Shown: positions 61,928-64,000 of the stretch, one piece after another
Layout of the letters: every line of letters begins with the position of its first letter
Numbering within the stretch: position 1 is the stretch's first letter
Origin: Acidimicrobiales bacterium
GTDB lineage: Bacteria > Actinomycetota > Acidimicrobiia > Acidimicrobiales > CADCTF01
Direction: 5' to 3'
Length of the DNA: 64,000 bases
NCBI GenBank assembly: GCA_035540495.1
Contig: DATLGL010000015.1
Coordinates: 128,232-192,231 of the forward strand
Notes under the pieces: generated by a model
What the model saw: the letters and a program-made list of their open reading frames with translations, nothing else
Database searches by the model: none
What the model was told of the DNA's origin: nothing
Translations under genes and position numbers: made by a program

Positions 61928-61966
61928 GGAGGAAATTCTCCGGATGGGTTCCGGAGAATTTCCTCC
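61928..61966. repeat. Perfect 17-bp inverted repeat with 5-nt loop (candidate terminator of the 3D gene and/or operator upstream of the PilB-like gene)
   Basis: GGAGGAAATTCTCCGGA-tgggt-TCCGGAGAATTTCCTCC. Unusually AT-rich for this genome. Lies 32 nt downstream of the 3D-gene stop and 88 nt upstream of the ATPase start. No U-tract. Confidence 0.85.
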
Positions 61967-61997
61967 GAGTCGGCAAGTACTGCGGCGAGTGCAGGCG

Positions 61998-63155
61998 TTA
62001 CTGCGGGGCGTACACCGGCATGGTCTTGCGGCCGAACTCTCGGCACTCGGCCGAGCTCGGGCGCCAGATGTCGATGCGGCGTCCCTTGATGTTGCCGCCG
62101 GTGTCGGCGGCGATGCGGCTGCCTTCGCCGCCGATAAAGACCTCGGAGCCCATCGGGATGACCCGGGGATCGACCGCTATGCGCTCGCGGCTCACCGGAA
62201 GACCCGACGCCGTCCGGCCACGCAGGGCGTAGCAGGTGACCTCGAAGTTGCCGAGGAAGCGGCCGCCCGTGGCGACCCAGCTGCCGTCGCCGTCCGGAGT
62301 GGCGCTCACGTCGACGACGGGCGCGCCCCCCTGACCGGCGAGGGACCCGTGGAACGCGGCGTCGCCGTAGGTGAAGACACCACCGTCGCGGGCGACGAGC
62401 CAGTAGCCCTTGCCGGTGGGCGACGAGGCCATGCCGACGATCGGCTCGTTCATGCGACGCCCCCCGGCGGAACCGGCGAAGGTCGCGTCACCGAAGGCGA
62501 AGACGCCGCCGTCACGCGCTGCGAGCCAGTACCCCTTGCCGGTCGGTGATGCGGCCATGCCGACGACGGGCTGGCGTAGGTCGGTGCCGCCCATCGACCC
62601 GAAGAAGACGGCGTCTCCGTAGGCGAAGATCCCGCCGTCAGCCGCGGCGAGCCAGTAGCCCTTGCCCGACGGCGTGGCGGCCATGCCGACGATCGGGTCG
62701 TTGAGCGGGCGGTCGCCCGTCGAACCCAGGAACGTGGCGGTCCCGAACGCGAAGATGCCGCCGTCGGAGGCGACGAGCCAGTACCCGTTGCCGTCGCTCG
62801 TCGACGCGATGTCGACGATCGGAGCCGTCAGGCGCTGTCCCTCGAGGGCTCCGTGGTTCCGGGCGTCGCCGAAGGCGAAGACCGCACCGTTCCGGCCCAC
62901 CAGCCAGTAGCCACCGCCGGACGGCGTGCGGGCCATGCCGGCGATCTGCTGTCCGGCGGCGGAGCCGAGCGTGTTCGCGTCGCCGAGAGCGGCGACCACG
63001 CCGGGCCGGGTGGCGTCGGCGCCGACCAGCGACGTCGAGACGCCGGCCGCACCGGCGATGGCGACGACGCTCGCCGCGCCGAGGCGGCTGAGCTTCTGAC
63101 GGCGAGCGCGACGGGCGACGGCGCGCGGCGCGAGGTGTTGCGGTTTGTAACGCAT
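61998..63155 (-). CDS. Membrane-anchored/secreted protein: five to six GYW-type propeller repeats + C-terminal 3D (DPBB, MltA/RlpA-like) domain
   Basis: ORF 61998..63341 trimmed to ATG 63155 (MRYKPQHLAPRAVARRARRQKLSRLGAASVVAIAGAAGV = signal anchor). Repeats GYWL(V/A)A.DGG(I/V)FA(F/Y)GDA.F.GS.G at about 62262-62920. The C-terminus FEVTCYALRGRTASGLPVSRERIAVDPRVIPMGSEVFIGGEGSRIAADTGGNIKGRRIDIW is a 3D domain. Confidence 0.8.
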   Translation of the reverse strand: MRYKPQHLAPRAVARRARRQKLSRLGAASVVAIAGAAGVSTSLVGADATRPGVVAALGDANTLGSAAGQQIAGMARTPSGGGYWLVGRNGAVFAFGDARNHGALEGQRLTAPIVDIASTSDGNGYWLVASDGGIFAFGTATFLGSTGDRPLNDPIVGMAATPSGKGYWLAAADGGIFAYGDAVFFGSMGGTDLRQPVVGMAASPTGKGYWLAARDGGVFAFGDATFAGSAGGRRMNEPIVGMASSPTGKGYWLVARDGGVFTYGDAAFHGSLAGQGGAPVVDVSATPDGDGSWVATGGRFLGNFEVTCYALRGRTASGLPVSRERIAVDPRVIPMGSEVFIGGEGSRIAADTGGNIKGRRIDIWRPSSAECREFGRKTMPVYAPQ

Positions 63156-63503
63156 GTGGATGGTGCTCCTCTGGGTCGGGAGACGCCCGCGACGAAGAAC
63201 GGATGCGACGGAAGGCCTCCAGCGAATGACGCAAGGAGGCGAGGGCGCCTCGAGGCTCCGGGCACCCGTGCGTTCGGGCACTCGACGGAGCGGAGTCGCA
63301 GAGCCCTCGGACCCCGGGCCGAACCCGGGCGGGAACTCCACTGCTTGCTGTAGTTAGCACAACCTTACCCGCACCTGCACGAAAATGACAACGAATCGCG
63401 CCAAAACCTGATCGTGGTCTGGTTGGCTGCGGAGCGTGGATCTCGCGCCAGCCGGCTTCGCGTTCGCCGGCTTCCCCGGGCCGGGCCGGGCGCGGCGAGA
63501 GCG

Positions 63504-64000
63504 GTGACCACGTCGGTCCCCGTCGACGACATCCGCTCGATCGTCGGCGCTGCAGCGCGACTCGAGCTCCGTCGACCGGGTGGGCTCCGCCGCTTCGCCC
63601 GTACCGCGATCGGCGGCAACCCAGCGGGCGACGAGCTCGTCGTCGACGACCGGCACCCGGAGCTGCGGACGTTCCTGGTCGAACTGCCCGACGCCGACGA
63701 TCTCCTGGCCGCGCCCATCGCAGAGGCGATCACGACGACGATCGCGATCCGCCGTCGGTTCGGCCGGGCCGTCGAGGCACTGCGCCGGATCTCGTTCGAC
63801 GTGTCGGACCCGCGCATGGTGCAGGGCCACGTGATCGGAGCTGCGCAGCTCAACCTGTCGACGATCCATCTCATCGCTCCGTACGCGACGGCGTCGGGAG
63901 TGGCCGAAGCCGAGGCCCGCACAGGCCGCCCGGTGCTCGCCATGTCGAGGTTGGTCGCCCACGAGCTGTGGCATCTCATCGAGATCGCGTGGGAGGTGCG
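63504..64000 (+). CDS. Hypothetical protein with HExxH motif (putative zinc metallopeptidase), 3' end outside window
   Basis: Not in the ORF track because it is open-ended. Own translation in the frame of GTG 63504: VTTSVPVDDIRSIVGAAARLELRRPGG...RMVQGHVIGAAQLNLSTIHLIAPYATASGVAEAEARTGRPVLAMSRLVAHELWHLIEIAWEV. GC3 is very high after 63504 and about 73 percent between the upstream in-frame GTG 63414 and 63503. Confidence 0.45.
   Translation, partial: MTTSVPVDDIRSIVGAAARLELRRPGGLRRFARTAIGGNPAGDELVVDDRHPELRTFLVELPDADDLLAAPIAEAITTTIAIRRRFGRAVEALRRISFDVSDPRMVQGHVIGAAQLNLSTIHLIAPYATASGVAEAEARTGRPVLAMSRLVAHELWHLIEIAWEV

Noticed and set aside
63354-63979. Two ~205-aa minus-strand ORFs (63354..63974 and 63365..63979)
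   Set aside because: Both are Arg/Ser/Asp-rich junk. The plus-strand open-ended frame has much higher GC3 regularity, a protein-like sequence and an HExxH motif, so the coding strand is taken as plus.

Overview
This window is a very GC-rich, gene-dense chromosomal segment. It has strong GC3 bias in real genes and many long shadow ORFs in the other frames. It is an Actinomycetota-type genome. Markers: imuA'-imuB/dnaE2 SOS mutasome with TCGAAC-N4-GTTCGA LexA boxes, Rpf, HU plus a Lys/Ala-rich histone-like tail protein, CofC/FbiD (F420), DUF3097, an SCO4848-like protein, and two DUF222/HNH 13E12-type ORFs. I call about 68 protein-coding genes, two of them partial at the window edges. ORF-track entries were trimmed to plausible starts using protein-likeness, GC3 and stop/start overlaps. 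I saw no rRNA, tRNA, CRISPR array or transposase. Non-coding elements read directly from the sequence are listed here.
- One TPP riboswitch in front of an NCS1/CytX-like permease.
- Two near-identical LexA boxes.
- A tandem pair of 19-bp palindromes (CGTCAA-N7-TTGACG) abutting the start of an HTH/Clp_N protein.
- A perfect 17-bp AT-rich hairpin and an 11-bp-stem bidirectional terminator candidate.
- A 17-nt motif shared upstream of both DUF222/HNH genes.
- A short octamer tandem repeat.
Translational coupling (ATGA/GTGA overlaps) is pervasive and defines several operons.
- dapA-like/OYE/PmoA-like/unknown, 10.2-14.5 kb.
- AI-2E transporter/LOR-SDH-like/amidinotransferase-fold/cupin/GNAT, followed after a 16-nt gap by a second cupin, 19.3-23.6 kb.
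- Unknown/GNAT/P-loop, 23.6-25.6 kb.
- selD-rnhB-amino-acid ABC transporter, 30.7-34.8 kb.
- gpsA/GH15-like/adenylate cyclase, 40.0-44.4 kb.
Best candidates for undescribed biology:
1. The 57.4-63.2 kb envelope cluster. It holds Rpf, a 671-aa coiled-coil protein, an orphan PilB/GspE-type ATPase with a textbook double MshEN c-di-GMP-binding motif, and a propeller-3D protein.
2. An unnamed ~42-aa GYWLVASDGGIFAFGDA repeat propeller shared by that 3D protein and by a 967-aa secreted delta-60/Calx-beta protein.
3. Two paralogous single-pass membrane proteins that bracket the 7.3-kb block splitting the SOS mutasome. One of them shares its LexA box with dnaE2.
All functional calls rest on motif and family recognition by eye. 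No database search was run.
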